Assembly: GCF_006345805.1 (NCBI RefSeq)
Contig: NC_042997.1
Location: 86,614,001 to 86,678,000 of the forward strand
Length of the DNA: 64,000 nucleotides
Reading direction: 5' to 3'
From: Octopus sinensis
Lineage: Eukaryota
Below, piece after piece: positions 34,020 through 48,559 of this stretch. The translations under genes and the position numbers were made by a program. The notes under the pieces were generated by a model, which did no database searches, had not been told where the DNA came from, and saw nothing but the letters and a program-made list of their open reading frames with translations. Position 1 is the stretch's first letter. Each line of letters begins with the position of its first letter.

Positions 34020-35174
34020 TATAAACTTCACTCCTAATATTTTTCATTTCATGTGCATTTTACATTGATTGCTTCCCCAGTCACCAAATTCTATCTTCTT
34101 CATCTCCCACATTCTTGCAACCCACACAACCAAATGTCATCTCTCTCTTCTCCACCAACTCATATACCATTGGTCACCTCCCATTCCTTAGTCACCATTT
34201 ACTACATATATTACTCAATTCTACCTACTCTTCCCTACTTATTTCTCAACACTTGTTCTTCATTCATTATATTCACCCCATTCACTTCCCATTTCTTCTC
34301 ACCTTGTATCTTGAAGGCCCACCCTGGCACCTCATCACCATTATTATTAAGATGGTGAGCTAAGAGAGTCTTTAGCATGCCAGGCAAAATGTTTGGTAGC
34401 AGTTTGTCTATCTTCAAATTCCACCAAGGTCAACTTTACCTTTCAACTTTCTAAGATCAATAAATCAAGTGCCAGTGAAACACTGGGTTTGATGTAATCA
34501 ACCAGTACCCTTCCAAAATTTCAGGCCTTGTACCTCTAATAGAAAGGATTATCTCTTTCTAGCTCTACTCCAGTCATTCCCACACTCTCTCTCTCTCTCC
34601 CCTATAATATGGGAAGCCATGTAGCTCCTCTAGAGCAAGAAATTTGTTCTATTCTGGCTCTTTCTCTCATACTTTAACCCTTCATCTCCTAGCATAAAGC
34701 CGCATTCTTCTCTATTGTAGCCTCACTACAATCTTAGTCTTGCAAATTGCATGAAAATCTAAATAGTTCTGGGACTGCTTAGTACATGCTGCAAAGTGAC
34801 AGGTGCTCAGAAGGGCATCCCGCCACAGAAACCATGCAAATGCAGACAATGGAGTGGTTGGATCTTGTTGAACAACCCAAACCAGGCCAGCAACGAATAT
34901 AGACATCATATGATGATGAAAATCCGCTCATGCACACAAACTTCTGTAAGAGTGAATTTTATGTCTTTAATGCATTATTAGTATATCTAATCTAATCAGA
35001 AAATAATGTTAGGGTAATTAAATGCTCAATTTGATTTATTCAATATCAGTAGAATGGAGAAGAGTAATGTATGTGAAGTAGGTGTATATGAAGAGAATCA
35101 CTGCAGAGAAACCACACTAAATGAACTATAATGTAATCAAAACAGTGTAATTGCAATAAACATCATATCATTAC

Positions 35175-35289
35175 CTCATCAATGTCTTGTCCAAAACCAA
35201 CAGGATTGGAAATAGCTTCTGAAATTTCATTGGCAATCTCTTGCTGTTCAGCTACATCATCCATCAAATCATGCACTTTGTCAATATCC
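35175..35289 (-). CDS. CHMP4: CHMP4 internal exon (DIDKVHDLMDDVAEQQEIANEISEAISNPVGFGQDIDE)
   Basis: ctccag acceptor, GTAATG donor; 115 nt; matches the C-terminal part of track ORF 35163..35366. Confidence 0.95.
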
Positions 35290-38200
35290 CTGGAGGATGA
35301 GAAGAATATAGTTAATATATTGAATGGAATTTTACAAATGAGAGAGCTATTAGAAATAAGAGGCAAAGAGGAGAGAGAGAGAGCACATCAATATCTTTAA
35401 ATAATAATGTCGAAGGCTAAATCATAAAATTGTATGGCCCAATAGTTATTTAAAATGTTGAGCAATTCTTTGTATTCACTTAATACCAGAATAAAGCAAT
35501 TGGTTGTAAGGAAAGGAAGGAAGGAAAGAGGGAGTTAAGAATAAGATAATTATAATGAATATTGAATGAAAAATTTAAAAATACCGCCATTTTGGGGGCG
35601 ATGTTAGGATTTCATTCTAATCTAAGCTGCCATTCTACATGTTTTTGATGTCAACAATTTCAGTATTTTTCATCACAAAATGACTGAAAAACATGTTTAT
35701 AAAGAAGAGTTGAGCACTTCACACATCTTGTGTGCCGATTTTGCCCAAAGAAACAATACAATGTGGCTGTAGGTCATAACATCTAGGCAATGGTGGAATG
35801 CAATGCTAGTGTTCTAATAAAGTTTAGTGAATTTCACTGAAACAAATGAAGGAGGACAGACAAACAAATGGAGGAGGACAGACAATGAAACAAATGAAGG
35901 CGGACAAACCTAACCTACATTACATCCACTACATAAGAAAAATTTGAGATTAAAAACAAATTCTCTGTATTTCAATTACATTTTACCTTCAGTAATATAA
36001 AACCGCCCACCCCTGCAAAAAAAAAAAAAAACCCCAAAAAGCAAACAAACCACCCAAGTACTATTTTATAGTTAGGAATTAAAACTTGCTTTAGGAAGAA
36101 ATTGATATCAGTGGTTGTTTAACCCTAAGTTGTCTAATTGAGCAGACCTATAGTTAAAATCACAACCATATAATCTTTATTTTTTATATAAGGTATACAG
36201 TAAATAGGATAACATTGTGTCTTCTTTTTTAAAATGATAGGGGAATTTGGCTGCTATTTCTAACAAGTGAAGAAAGCAATGCAAAGATGTAACAAATAAT
36301 ACTCTAAGAATACACACAGCAGAGAGAGTAGAAACAAAAGTGGAAAGAAAACATTTACATTGCAGAAAAAGACAGTAACCTGTCTATTTACTATGAAGCT
36401 GTCATAATAAATAATTTTTATTTTCTAAGTAATTTGTGACCATATTAGACTATACAAACTAGAGTTAAAAAAAAAAATATTCATAAGAAAATAACAAAAC
36501 AAAACACTCATCAAAACTTTCAGGTCTTGTAGCTTCAAATTATTATGGTAAGAAGTATATGCTTATACATGAAAGTATGTTTAAATTTTTCATTCAATAT
36601 TCATTATAATTATCTTATTCTTAACATTCAAAATAATAATAATAGGTTATGGGATTGTGTCAAAGGTAATTAGTAGAGACAATATATGTCAACTAAGAGT
36701 CAGAAACTTAGCACATTTTGATCAATTAAAACTTAATCTTTACCATATAATTGTGCTTAACAAGGTGGATTTTGATCAAATAACAAAAATGATAAAGTGC
36801 CCAACATGGTAAGCCAAGTTTTTAGTGACAATAATAGCAGCAGCAAATTATCAAATCACATGATCTTATGCTGTTGTGTTTTAGGTTAACAAGCGGATCA
36901 GTTTAGTGGAATGGTGAAACATAATTGCTTCAAGAAATGAATGTCTCCACACTAGTGCATGTACTGACAAAGGCAATAAAGCTAAATCTTTTGAATAGTA
37001 TATATTTATGTCTGGACTCTTGCAAATTGCATGAAGTGAAATGAGATAAAAAGAAAATAAGTACCACATATATTAAAATATAACTTCACAAACAATTATT
37101 ATTATTTTAGAGACATATAGTTAACCTTTAAAAGAAGCAAGGAAGTCCATATAAGAACACTTCAACTACCAAACAACCACATTATCTTTGAGAAAGTTGC
37201 TGAAATGAAAATATGACCAGGACCTGACTCCTTAATTGATTATTATTAGTATTATCAATCAACATTGCATCAATTAGACACAGCTTATTAACAATATTGC
37301 CAATTAGAGCTGGGCTATGTGCCAGTTATATGATAACCAAAACTCTTGTACAACACCCACTTTGATGAATTATTGAAGACACTTAACAAAAGAAGTTATT
37401 TTAATAACACTTGTTTTCAGAAATACCAAATTTTACATTTACTATAAATAATATGAGGCTGGACTGGATTTTTAGTCTAAATGGAAACTGTGTAATAGAA
37501 ATCACCAGTAGATTATAGACATTTATATACCATAAAAACTAAGCAAAACTCATATTTCTATCAAAGCAACTAATGACATGCTCAAAGTTAAATGTGGCAA
37601 TTATCTCTCACTTGGCAATATAGACTAAACTAAATAAATTGCAGTCATGAGAGCACTCTCAAATTCCATACATAGCAGAATTGGTTGGCAAAATATTTAT
37701 TCAAAATATTTAGTCAAAATATTTATTCCTCAATGTGAATGCATCTAATATCGATATGTGCAGGATTTTCAAACATTACAATTATGAATTAAGAGTTTTA
37801 AAATGTTATGTACAACCCAGTAGCAAAAGAAAGTATTCTTTGATTCTTTTACTGATTTCAGTCATTAGACTGCAGCCATGCCAAGGCACTATCTTCAAGG
37901 GTTTTAATATATAAACCTGAATCTTCGGTACAATTTTTACTAGCCTTAGAGGCTAGTAGAAGAAAATGGACAGCATAATAAAGGGAGGCAACCAAATTGA
38001 AATACAAGGTATATCTACTTAATGCAGCAATTTTTTTGTAATCCCACAGAAACACCCACCCAAATCTGGTGGGTTTCCTCACAGTTCCCTCCTACTCAAA
38101 TCTAGCTATGTTTGGCTGGGCCAAGATCTATAGTAGAAAACTTGTTCAAGGTGATGTTCATAGAAGGAAACAAACTGACAAAGTTCTACCTTCACCAACC

Positions 38201-38939
38201 TAGCACTGTAACAGGATTACCAAATTTAGAAGAGCTACTCCTGTGAGGTAAACAGGGTCAGAATTTTTATCTTTTGTTCTCTTTGAAATGTTGCTCAGAC
38301 ATCTTGCATACAAATCAAGAAAAATTAGTTTCATTGAGGCTGGTTTCAATAAGTATACAAACTGGTTTGCAGTACTACAGAAGTTTAATGAGGGCCCTAA
38401 ACAAAACCTGAAGCAAAATCAGTAAGGCCCATGACTAAATGTCTCAATAGAGCTACTGTTGAGCCAGAAAATAGATCTCTAAGTCATCACCCAAGTTCAG
38501 TCAATTGAAGTTTCAATACAGTCTAAGCCAAAGTATCTATAATTATGCTTTGAATATTTTTTGCTTATATATACATACACACACCCACACACATAAAATA
38601 GGGAGTGTTCTGACATCACTGTACAGTTGCTCTATTAATTAAGATATATATTTGTCTATGGAAACTAACTGAAATTCTCTAAAATAATACAAACTAAGTG
38701 CATCTTTTTTAACATAGCTATAGTGAACATCTAAAATAACCAAAAGGAAAAAGACTGGTAAAGAAGCACATTTTCGACTGAATATAGTAAACAAAATTAA
38801 AACAACAAAACAGTATATGTGTGTGTGTGGTACAATAGAACAAGTAGAGAATATACAAAGTGCATATACAGAAGGAATATTTGAAAAGAACCCCACTCAT
38901 TCCCCCCACCCAGGCCAGTGTGCTTTTCTACACACATTC

Positions 38940-39142
38940 TTTTTTTCTTTTTACAATCATTTGACAGCAACCATGGTGGAACATTGTCTTAAGAAATTGC
39001 CCCCAAGACTTAATAATACTTTGTAAGCCTAGTACTTATTCTATTGGCCTCTTTTACCAAACTGCTAAGTTATAGGGAACATAAGCATACCAGCATGGGT
39101 TGTCAAGCAATGGTGGGTGTGTGTGTGTGTGTGTGTGGGGGG

Positions 39143-39203
<61 letters not shown>

Positions 39204-39357
39204 CACACACACACACATACATATACAATGGGCTTCTTTCAGTTTCCGCCTACCAAATCCACCCACTAGGCTTTGGTCAGCCTGAGGATATAGAAGACAC
39301 TTGCTCAAGGTGCCATGCAGTGGGACTGAACCCGGAACCATGTGGTTGGGAAGCAAG
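38940..39357 (-). mobile_element. Family A SINE
   Basis: Reverse-complement A core and internal (CA)n. Confidence 0.8.
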
Positions 39358-40255
39358 CAAGCTTAGTATTTGAGTATATTTTGCACCACTATCATAGACA
39401 TCAATATCTGAAAGGAAGTGTCCCTTGTATCTGTATGGATGAAACTGCTTTTATTGCACATAATTTTTTAAAGAAACATTTCATTTTTCATGTAACCAGC
39501 AAAACCTAAGGAACACTTAACAAGATCAAACCAGTAGCACCTAATTATTTGATGGTGGATTCTGTTGAGTGAACAAATGTATTAGGGTGTGGTTGGATAA
39601 TAAACTGTGGTGGTCTGATGATTGATGTGCACAAACCTAAAGTTTTATTTTTGGAATAATGATTCCTAAAACATCATTGTAGTAGCATCTTGTTATGTTA
39701 TAAACAATGTTAACTTTGGAGATGGTTTTGTCGCTTAATGTATTTGCAAACAGAAGTTGTTTGTGGGCAATTAGAAAGCAGATTTGTTTGTTTATTGGTA
39801 TTGAGAGTTGCTTCTTCATGATATCCCTTACTATGACAATAATGATGAATGTATAAGGAAAACAACACCATTAAAATTGAAAAAGGACTATTAAATCTAC
39901 TTTATAGAAAATCTTCAAGAAAGTTATGGCAGGGATTTTCTAGTTTAAAATATTTAACATTGTTAGATTCTATTGCTCACATAGAACATTCTGCTGAATT
40001 TGATCATTATATGCTGTTAGGGAATTATGTCTCTATCTTTACATCAGCATTTGCAAGGAGTGTCTATATGGCCACTAAACCTGCTAGAAATAGGCAAACC
40101 TTCCTTAAATCAAACTATCCTTTTAAACAAAGTAGATATAGGCTACTGTAGTTTTAGACCACACTAAAAAGATGGGTGGTCATGGCTGGAATGCCTTTGA
40201 TGGGGATAAACAACTGCTAGGGAAGTAGTTAAGATGAATACCAACTGGATTATTA

Positions 40256-41531
40256 CAAGGGGCGTTCAATAAGTAATGCCCCTGATCCACTTGAAGTTGT
40301 TCGATCTAGCTGAAATTTTGCATGTGCAATTATATCTCTATAGATTAAGTGGCAAATTACAGCTCTAAACTAATTGTGGTTTCTGATTTACAGGTGTTTG
40401 AACTGAGTCAAGTGTGAAATGGAGCCTGTTGAGTGTCGAGCAGTGATCCGGTTTTTGTATTTGAAAGGACGCACACCATGGGAGACTTTTGATGAAATGA
40501 AAGTAACTTATTGTGATAATGCCCCATCATATGACCTTGTAAAACGCTGGCATTGTGAATTCAAACATGGTTGGAACTCCGTGGAAACAGCTCCCAGATC
40601 TGGTCGCCCCCTTCTGCCATTGATGAGGCATCTTTCCGTCAAGTTGAGGCTGCCATTTTGGAAGATCGACGCATAACTATTCGCGAAATAGCCCATGAGG
40701 TCAAGATTAGTACCGGGTCTGTGGAAACTATCATTCATGACCATTTGCATATGCAAAAGGTGTCTGCCAGATGGATTCCCAGGTTGCTCACATCTTTCCA
40801 GAAGCAAGAACGCGTTGATTGCTCGAGGATGAATTTGGAGATGTGCCAAGAAGATGAGTCAAAATTTTTCAAAAGACTGATTACACAGGGTGAAACGTGG
40901 GTCCATCACTATGATCCAGAGACCAAAGCCCAGTCAATGCAGTGGAAGCACCGTGACTCCCCTCCTCCAAAGAAGACAAGGGTGTAGCAAGGTCATGCTC
41001 ACAGTCTTCTGGGACCAGGACGGAGTAGTGATGACAGATTTCCTGGCAAATGGTGCCACAATTACAGGAGCCTATTATGCTTCACTTTTGAGGAAATTAA
41101 GAGAAGCTATCAAAATCAAGAGGCGGGGCAAGATCAGCAAAGGCATCCTCCTCCTGCAGGACAACACTCTGGTCCACAACTCGCGTGTCGCCAGATCAGA
41201 AGCACAGGCGTGCGGCTATGAACTCCTCACCCATCCCCCTACTCTTCTGACCTTGCACCTTCTGATTTTCACCTCTTCCCAGCCATGAAGTTGTTTTTGA
41301 AAGGAAAGCGTTTCCCAGATGATGCAGCCTTGATTTCTGAAGTCACGTCGTGGCTGGAGGACCAAGCTGGTGTCTTCTACAGAAACGGTCTTCAGAGCTG
41401 CATCAAACAATGGGAGAAATGCATAACTCTGGGTGGTTCCTATGTAGAAAAAGACTAATAACTGTGCCAAGTTTCGTTGCTCTACTGCTATGGGAAGTGG
41501 GTCAGGGGCATTACTTATTGAACGCTCCTCG
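40256..41531 (+). mobile_element. Full-length irritans-type (Himar1/Hsmar2-like) mariner, inactive; transposase pseudogene 40419-41458
   Basis: TA TSDs at 40254-55 and 41532-33; 37-bp TIRs with 3 mismatches; WIPRLL and YSSDLAPSDF motifs; D34D spacing after restoring one frameshift; three frameshifts; first catalytic Asp is Gly (TQGETW). Confidence 0.93.
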
Positions 41532-41889
41532 TAGCTAATAATTGGAGAACAAAGAGAAACCTATAAATTTTTCAACCTCTTCATGCTTCTCATAAAACTC
41601 ATTTTTAACTTCCTAGTGACTGTAAATTAAAATCAGAAAACTGTCATTCTTATCAAAATGTCATGCATTGCTGATTTGTCTTGCTGTTGCTTTTTGCCCC
41701 AGATCAACCCTAATTAAGTAAATCTTGTGATCAAAGGCATTCTGGTCATGACAAACCTGACATTAAGGTGTTTATAAGACTAAATAATCTAAAATACTTT
41801 GTTTTAAAATTGGTTTTGGCCATTTTTCTTTTGTAGGTTCTTTTCAGATGAGGGAAACTGACACAATGTCCTCTTGAACAGCTGCAGAA

Positions 41890-43830
41890 AAAACACGAGA
41901 AGGGAGGGAAATCAAAGGAATGACATTCTGGGATGCAAGGACTAAGTGTAATGGTCAGTGTAGGGTTTTGGGAGGTGATAAGAAGGGAGACAAATTAGTT
42001 GGGAGTGCCTATCCAAAGGTGAGACAAGCTGACTCCAACAAGCAGAGGCCATTGTAGCAATAGAAAGACAGGAGACAGATGTTTGTGAACCAGAGGTTGG
42101 AAAGTATTGGCACACAAATTCATGTCTATCAGACAGATGGTCTTTTTTTAAGGAATAAACAGTGGTATAAACATACTGGTGAGAAAGTAAGTCATTGATG
42201 TATAGGTGAGAGAGTGTAATAGACATCTGAACCTTAGAGAACACTAGAAATGACAGAGTGTTGGTCACCTGCTGTGATATTGCAATTTCACAGAAAGCCA
42301 TCAAGAATGAAGTGACTAATGGAGTTCACAGATGGGCAGTTCTGATAGATGATTCTTATGTCAGATGTGGATGAATGCTTTCTCAAAGTAAAGTGCAACA
42401 ACACTGCTTCCACCAAATTTCTTGAGGATGCAGATCCACTAGTGAGTGACATAGGAGAGCAGGTATCCACTAGATGTAGCTATACAAAATTCATAATGGT
42501 AATAATTAAGGAGGGAGAGAGATTTAATGTAATGAAGGTTATTGCTAATGACTGTCTATCACTTTTGAGATTTGGATTTCAATGCAGTAAGATGATAGTT
42601 GGCAGGGTCAGCATTGTTACCATCCTTGGGAATAGGGCACACTCAGAGACACTGAAGAGTTTGTTTGAAAGTAACAGAGACGTTGTCAGTATTAGTGAGT
42701 GACCCTGTTGGTTCAAAGTGGCCAGAGGTGGTTGTGCATTTAGAGTGTATATGCATATAGTGAGGAACTTGAAGTAGAAGATAATAGTTTTGAAGGAGAT
42801 TTACTTTGTGTGTACAGTATGGAGTTGGATGCAAAGTGGCAGCAAATTTAGAGGCATCCTCTGAAGGAATACTGCTTACAGAACCACCATTTAAGGAGAA
42901 TTCTGCAAAGTCATAGAGAACCTTTTTGCAGTTGAGAAGTAAAAGAGCCTGTAGGCTGTACGATGCATAAAGGTCACCTTTACATTACAATAACGAGAAT
43001 AAATCATCCAGTTTGGAAGGGTGGATGATTTTCTTCAAGCATTGTAGACTGTTTTTTTTTTTGTTTGAACTGCTGCAGCAAAGCTTTGAGTGAACCACCT
43101 GGAGAGATTTGGAGCCATGAGTTTTGGTTGCATGTGAAGATAAGGAAAAATATGCCTCAGAGAATGGTTTTAGTCATCCACATACTTGTTTCTGAGGGGC
43201 TGCTAAGGATGAAGCACATGTACTACCAGCCGACTTGAAGTGCCACAATGTGTGAATGGTGAACAGTGATGGTAAGACAGTGGTTTGATGACCTAATAGG
43301 TGCAGAGATGGTAATGGTTTGGAAATGAGAAAGAGATTGAAGGTGTTTAGAGTGTTTGTGTAGCAGTTGCGGAAGCATGTAAGAAATGAAGCTAAGTGAT
43401 GTAGGAAGTTGAGGATTGTGAAAGATTTAGTTTTGGCTCTACTGGCATCAGTGTGAGATGAGTGTAAGATCCAAAAAAAGTTGTAAGGGTTGGAGGATAA
43501 TATGTTTTCAATGCAGAAAGATTTATAGTTAAAGAGTTAGCAATGGCTGGAGGAATCCAAAGGGTAGTTCAGGAAACAAAAGTATTTAGAGGAGTAGAGA
43601 GAGTGGCTTTGAGCCAGAATAACTGGAAGTTCTTGTTATTGATATGCAGGTAAGAAACATGAATGGAGGAGAGAGTAGAATCTATATATGGAAAGATAAT
43701 GTCATTAAGAGTGAATTTTGAGATTAGAGAAGGATGTGACAGTAGAATGTAATTTGTGGAAAATTTGGCTTCTATTTCTAGCAGATGAAGCAACCATGAA
43801 GGGTCCTCCCTTAAAGCCACAATCATTAAC
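41890..43830 (-). mobile_element. Degraded CR1/L2-group LINE ORF2 (endonuclease to RT)
   Basis: Minus-strand fragments with LYINDLL, DLLSYVTH.W / VVAL..KAF and SDH-like motifs; many stops. ORFs 41942..42304, 42288..42470 and 43569..43826 are pieces of it. Confidence 0.7.
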
Positions 43831-44434
43831 TGTTGATTAGTGTTGGAGAATCAGCTTCATTACAATTAAATGATAAATCTTGTATTGTAAAACAGAAGCT
43901 GATCTCTGTCACAACATCTATTAGAGGGATGGAAGGGGAGGAGAAAAACTTGTTGAAAGAGAAATACAGTGAGTGAGAGAGAGAGAGATAGAAAAATAGA
44001 CAGACAGGCAGGTAGTGTTATCACCATAATAATTAACACGATTAAAAAAGCGGGAATTTTAATTGCAAGTCTGTCAACACAATGCAACAGACTTAACCCC
44101 CCCCCCCCGCCCAAACTTTCACTTTGAACATGAAGATACATGCATGATAAACAAATATTTTTATCAGCAGCATAACAATGGGTAATGACTAAGTATATAT
44201 ATATTTTTTTTATAATTTAAAATATTAATATAAAGGAACAAAAACAAATCACATTACATCTAGGCAGGCATCACATATCATAATAAAGTGGCTATTTCAG
44301 TTAGTGAAGCCACTGGTCACAGATAATTAAAGAACATGTATTATCTTAATTTAGCTAGCTATTAAATAGCTACCAATCCAACTGATAACAGCAGATTGCA
44401 CTGCAGACTAAGATAACAATTGCAAAGGACTTAC

Positions 44435-44612
44435 ATATTATTATGAGCAGCTTTGATTGCGCTGGCCGACTCGCCCATGACCTTAAGAACTTCTGTATTT
44501 GTGGCAGCATTTTCTAAAGCTTCTCTTTGTAACTCTATAGTGGAAAGAGTACCATCAATTTGGTGCAGTTGTTTTTCATATCTCTTTTTCCTTTTCAATG
44601 CTTGGAGGGCAG
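44435..44612 (-). CDS. CHMP4: CHMP4/Snf7 (ESCRT-III), first exon seen in window (AALQALKRKKRYEKQLHQIDGTLSTIELQREALENAATNTEVLKVMGESASAIKAAHNNM)
   Basis: Minus-strand ctctttgtag acceptor and GTAAG donor; near-identical to the CHMP4B helical core; 178 nt, phase 1/2. Confidence 0.95.
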
Positions 44613-46019
44613 CTACAAAGAGAGAAAAAGAAATTTAGTTCAATTAAACAATTTACACATCAAATACATAACAGTCTGGTTGTAGTGGTAAGGTGTAGGT
44701 TTTGTAAAAAAATTGCTTTGCTCACACTGACTCAGTCTTTGTTTCTTTCAGAGCTAATAAGTGCTTTACTTCAAAATAAAATGAACTAACAATCTGTACA
44801 TCAAGTTCAGTTCCATTGCACACATTTTATTGTGTAATATCTAACATTTCCAAACTTGACTTCATTAGAGAGTGGGGAAAAAAATGTGGGAGTGGTGTGG
44901 AGTCTTGTTGAACCTAGATGAGGTGCAAAGCCCAAAATATAAGATCCCATACTCATAGAAAATGAACTTACTGGGTTCTTCATTTTCATATTGTTTCAGC
45001 TAGTTCATCTGTTAGTCTTACTAGTGATATACTATGTCCTTTCCTACCTAGTGTCTAAGCCATGAAACTGGAGTTAGAATTAGATCTTAAGAATATCCAA
45101 GTAATTACTACATAGTTTTGCACTCAACTTCACTGTATGACAAATTTGTTAAATGGAAACTGTGCAGAAGCCTGTTGGCAGAACCATTCTTATTTTCTGG
45201 AGGTAGGCTTAAGCTATCATCCAGTTTAATACCTCTACCTAGCCCTTCAGCAGAGTTTACTGTTTAGTGCATTTGAGCCAGGTATCTAGTCTGAAACTAA
45301 CTTCCTTGATTGCCCTAAACAAATTGTCATGAGCAATCCTCTTCCTCTGACTAAGCAAAATAATTTTAAAAAAATATCAGAGCTGATTACAACCATCTAA
45401 AATGCACTGTTGTCCCAATGTAGTTACCTCCCAGATGGATATTGTGCAACAAAGATAATATATGGATATCTAAATACAATCAATACTTTGAAAACATTTT
45501 TTATACAGAATCTCTTTAGTTAGTGAAACTGATGTAGACAATTCTGAGCCTGAATGAATATTTACAAGAAACTGGGCTGAGGATGTTTTGATGCTTGAAA
45601 CAGAATGAACATCACTAAAGGCACCCAAGCACCAGGTGGATAGTATGTCTGACACCCAAAAGGGTTCAAGAGAAAATAAAAACACACAAACAAAAAAAAA
45701 GATTTTGTTGTCATTTCGATCAGGCTGGGAGACACACGAAGATAATAATGTTCAGTGACATTCAACACCCCAGTAGGTAATGGTATTCACAACAACTGTA
45801 CATATTTGAGATCAGAGATAGTATAGGCTACCCTCGTTCAAGCAGTTAAAGACTTGTTCAATAACATTACATTTTCCTTTAAAGTTTGCTCCAATGTTTT
45901 TCTCAATATTGATTTCATCTGTACTCTGTGGCACTGTGCCATACAGAGAATACTTGATTAAACTAACTCTGGTGTTTGATTAAATGTTCCTTAAATATTA
46001 ACAAACATAAGTAGGGTTG

Positions 46020-46365
46020 CATGTTTAAGATGCTTGCTTTGCAGCCATGCAGTTTCATGTTCAGTCCTATTTAAAGGCACCTTGAGTAAACATCTTCTAC
46101 TCATGGGCTGACCAATGCCTTATGAATGACTTTGGTAGATGGAAACTATAGAAGCCTGTAGTATATATATGTTAGTCTTCCTTCTGACTGAAATCAGTGT
46201 TGTTTTGTTTATGTCCTTGCAACTTATTCCAGAAAAAAAAAAAAGGGACAAAGAATAAGTAGATTTTTAAAAATAAGTACTGGGGTCAATTTGTTTGACT
46301 AAACTTTTCTATGTGGTGTCCCAGTATGGCCACAATCCATTGACTGAAACAAGTAAAAGATAAAA
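46020..46365 (+). mobile_element. Family A SINE, degenerate
   Basis: A-type core and tail. Confidence 0.7.
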
Positions 46366-47044
46366 GTGATATACAAAAACATCAGAAGCTTTAGATTCAA
46401 ATATGATCAATTACATAAAAACAAGAAGCTAATATTTAGCCTTAATCCAGTAATAAACCTATTATATAAAGCATTAAAACAGATGGATGGAAACAATTAC
46501 AAGTTAAATATTATTAATCATTTGGTTAAAATAAGATATATAATCTAAAGAAACTAACAGAACCAATTATTGTAGAAATTACTACAAATACAAAGTAAAC
46601 CAGTTTAATTACTTTCATCAAACCTAATCATAAAGTTTCTAATTAATCAGTGCTGGCTATAATTTCTATAGAATATTTGTAAAAATAATCACAAATACTT
46701 TTTGCATGTCAATACAAAATGCATGCACACACATGTGCAAATAACACAAATACAATTTTGACTAGCATGAATAGTCAGCTATACCAACAACTTTATTAGC
46801 CTTAATCCTTGTTACTTTTATATTCACTTTTCCATGCTTGCATGGGTCAGACAAAATTTGTTGTGGTGGATTTCCTACAGCCGGATGCCCTTCCTCTTAG
46901 CTGACCCATACCTGTTTCCAAGCAAGATAATATTTTTCCATGGCCAAACATGTTTTTCGTGAAAGATTGGATGTGAAGGACACTGCATGCATGATAGTAA
47001 CATTCATTTTTGTGATACCAAGGCAAGGGGATAGCAACACACAC

Positions 47045-47310
47045 AATCATCATCATCATCATCATTTAACATTTATTTTCCTGCTAGCATGAATGGTTGG
47101 ATGGTTTGACAGGAAATGGCAAGGCATGTTTTCAAATGCTGGATGCCCTTCCTAATACCAACTGTTTTACAGGGTGAACTGGATGTTTTTTATATGGTGC
47201 CAGCATAGGTGATCTGTATATGGTACTGGCATGTGTGCTTTTTATGTGGTGCTGGCACAGGTTCTTCTTATGAAGCACAGGTACTTTTTACATAGCACCA
47301 GTATGCATGG
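47045..47310 (-). mobile_element. Family D copy, degenerate (a related piece at about 46820-46990)
   Basis: (cat)n ttaac..tgctagcatg..ggatgcccttcctaatacc. Confidence 0.65.
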
Positions 47311-47476
47311 GGTTGCTAAATGGCTAGCCAGACAAGGATGTCTCAGCTGAGAGAGGGCAAGGAACAGAAAGAAGTGGATGTGTTCCAGGCAAGAGGTTGG
47401 GGTATAATAGAAGGTCAAGGGCAGCTTACTACGGGAGAGATATTTGGCTATCACAGTAGGACAAAGAAGCAGAGGA

Positions 47477-47509
<33 letters not shown>

Positions 47510-47989
47510 GTCATACTACAGAGGAGATACTTGGCTACACCAATACACAATGAGCTTCTTTCAGTTTCCCTCTATCAATTCCACTCAGAAGACGCTTGCC
47601 TGCTCTATATAAAATCTGACAAATCTCTTCAATAATTATTCAATATACTAATAACAAGTTTGTTAATGAAGAATTTAGGAAAATAACCTTGGCATTATTA
47701 ACCTAGTATTTGAAACATAAATTAGCACAATTTTTATGGAAGGTTTTACTTTAGATCACTTAAAAAACAAGATGATTGATCCACAGGTCCTGGGACAGTC
47801 TTGGATAAGATGGTATCAAGAGGGTAAAAATAAAACATGAAAAACTAGTTATAATATTGTACAAAAATATAAAAGGTGCACACTTTCTAACAAAGATAGT
47901 TTGGAGTGATGAGGCTACATTTAAGTTAAATGGCTCAATCAACTGAGGAGCTGAGAATCAACAAATCAAAGAGGAATATCAATCATATT

Positions 47990-48400
47990 AATTTACTTGG
48001 AGTTATAGTACAGTGCAGCTTATCATTGAATGTATAAAGTGGACCATTCATTTTTATAGTACAGAGACTGGTTCTATTTACTTGAACTTGCTGCAACAAT
48101 CTGTCATGACAAGCATTCAAAGACTTTTAAGATGTGGAATTTTATTTCCAGCAAGATGGGGGTACACTCACACTAACATAGTAATATAAGGACCTACTTT
48201 GATGAGATTTTGTCAAACAGGTCAACTGGAGGTTCAGAAGAATACCTTCACCTTTAATTGAACTTCATACCACTAGATTTCTTTTTGAGGATACTTAAAA
48301 GATAAAATTTACAATAAAAAACCAGCAACAGTTGACAAACTGACCAAGAGTGCACACAAAGACAGAACAAAATGTTTTTGATATTTGTAATTCCACTACT
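47990..48400 (+). mobile_element. Tc1/mariner-superfamily transposase remnant (FQQDG..H / LDFFLWGYLK type)
   Basis: Fragments GPF..VTG..YL.LL, EFYFQQDGGT, RTY.DEIL..R, LDFFL..YLKDKIYNKKPATVDKL with frameshifts. Confidence 0.55.
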
Positions 48401-48524
48401 TAAGTGATTACCAGTTTAAAAACGGGTTTTCATAACAAAATTGAATTTTGAAAATGAAATGTGTTTTAATGAACACTGTCTTTATAATCATTCAATGTGT
48501 GTATGCATTTTGGAGGAACACCCA

Positions 48525-48559
<35 letters not shown>

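Noticed and set aside
40419-41458. Active or domesticated (SETMAR-like) transposase
   Set aside because: Three frameshifts, first catalytic Asp lost, no splice fusion to a host exon, TIRs and TSD still in place.
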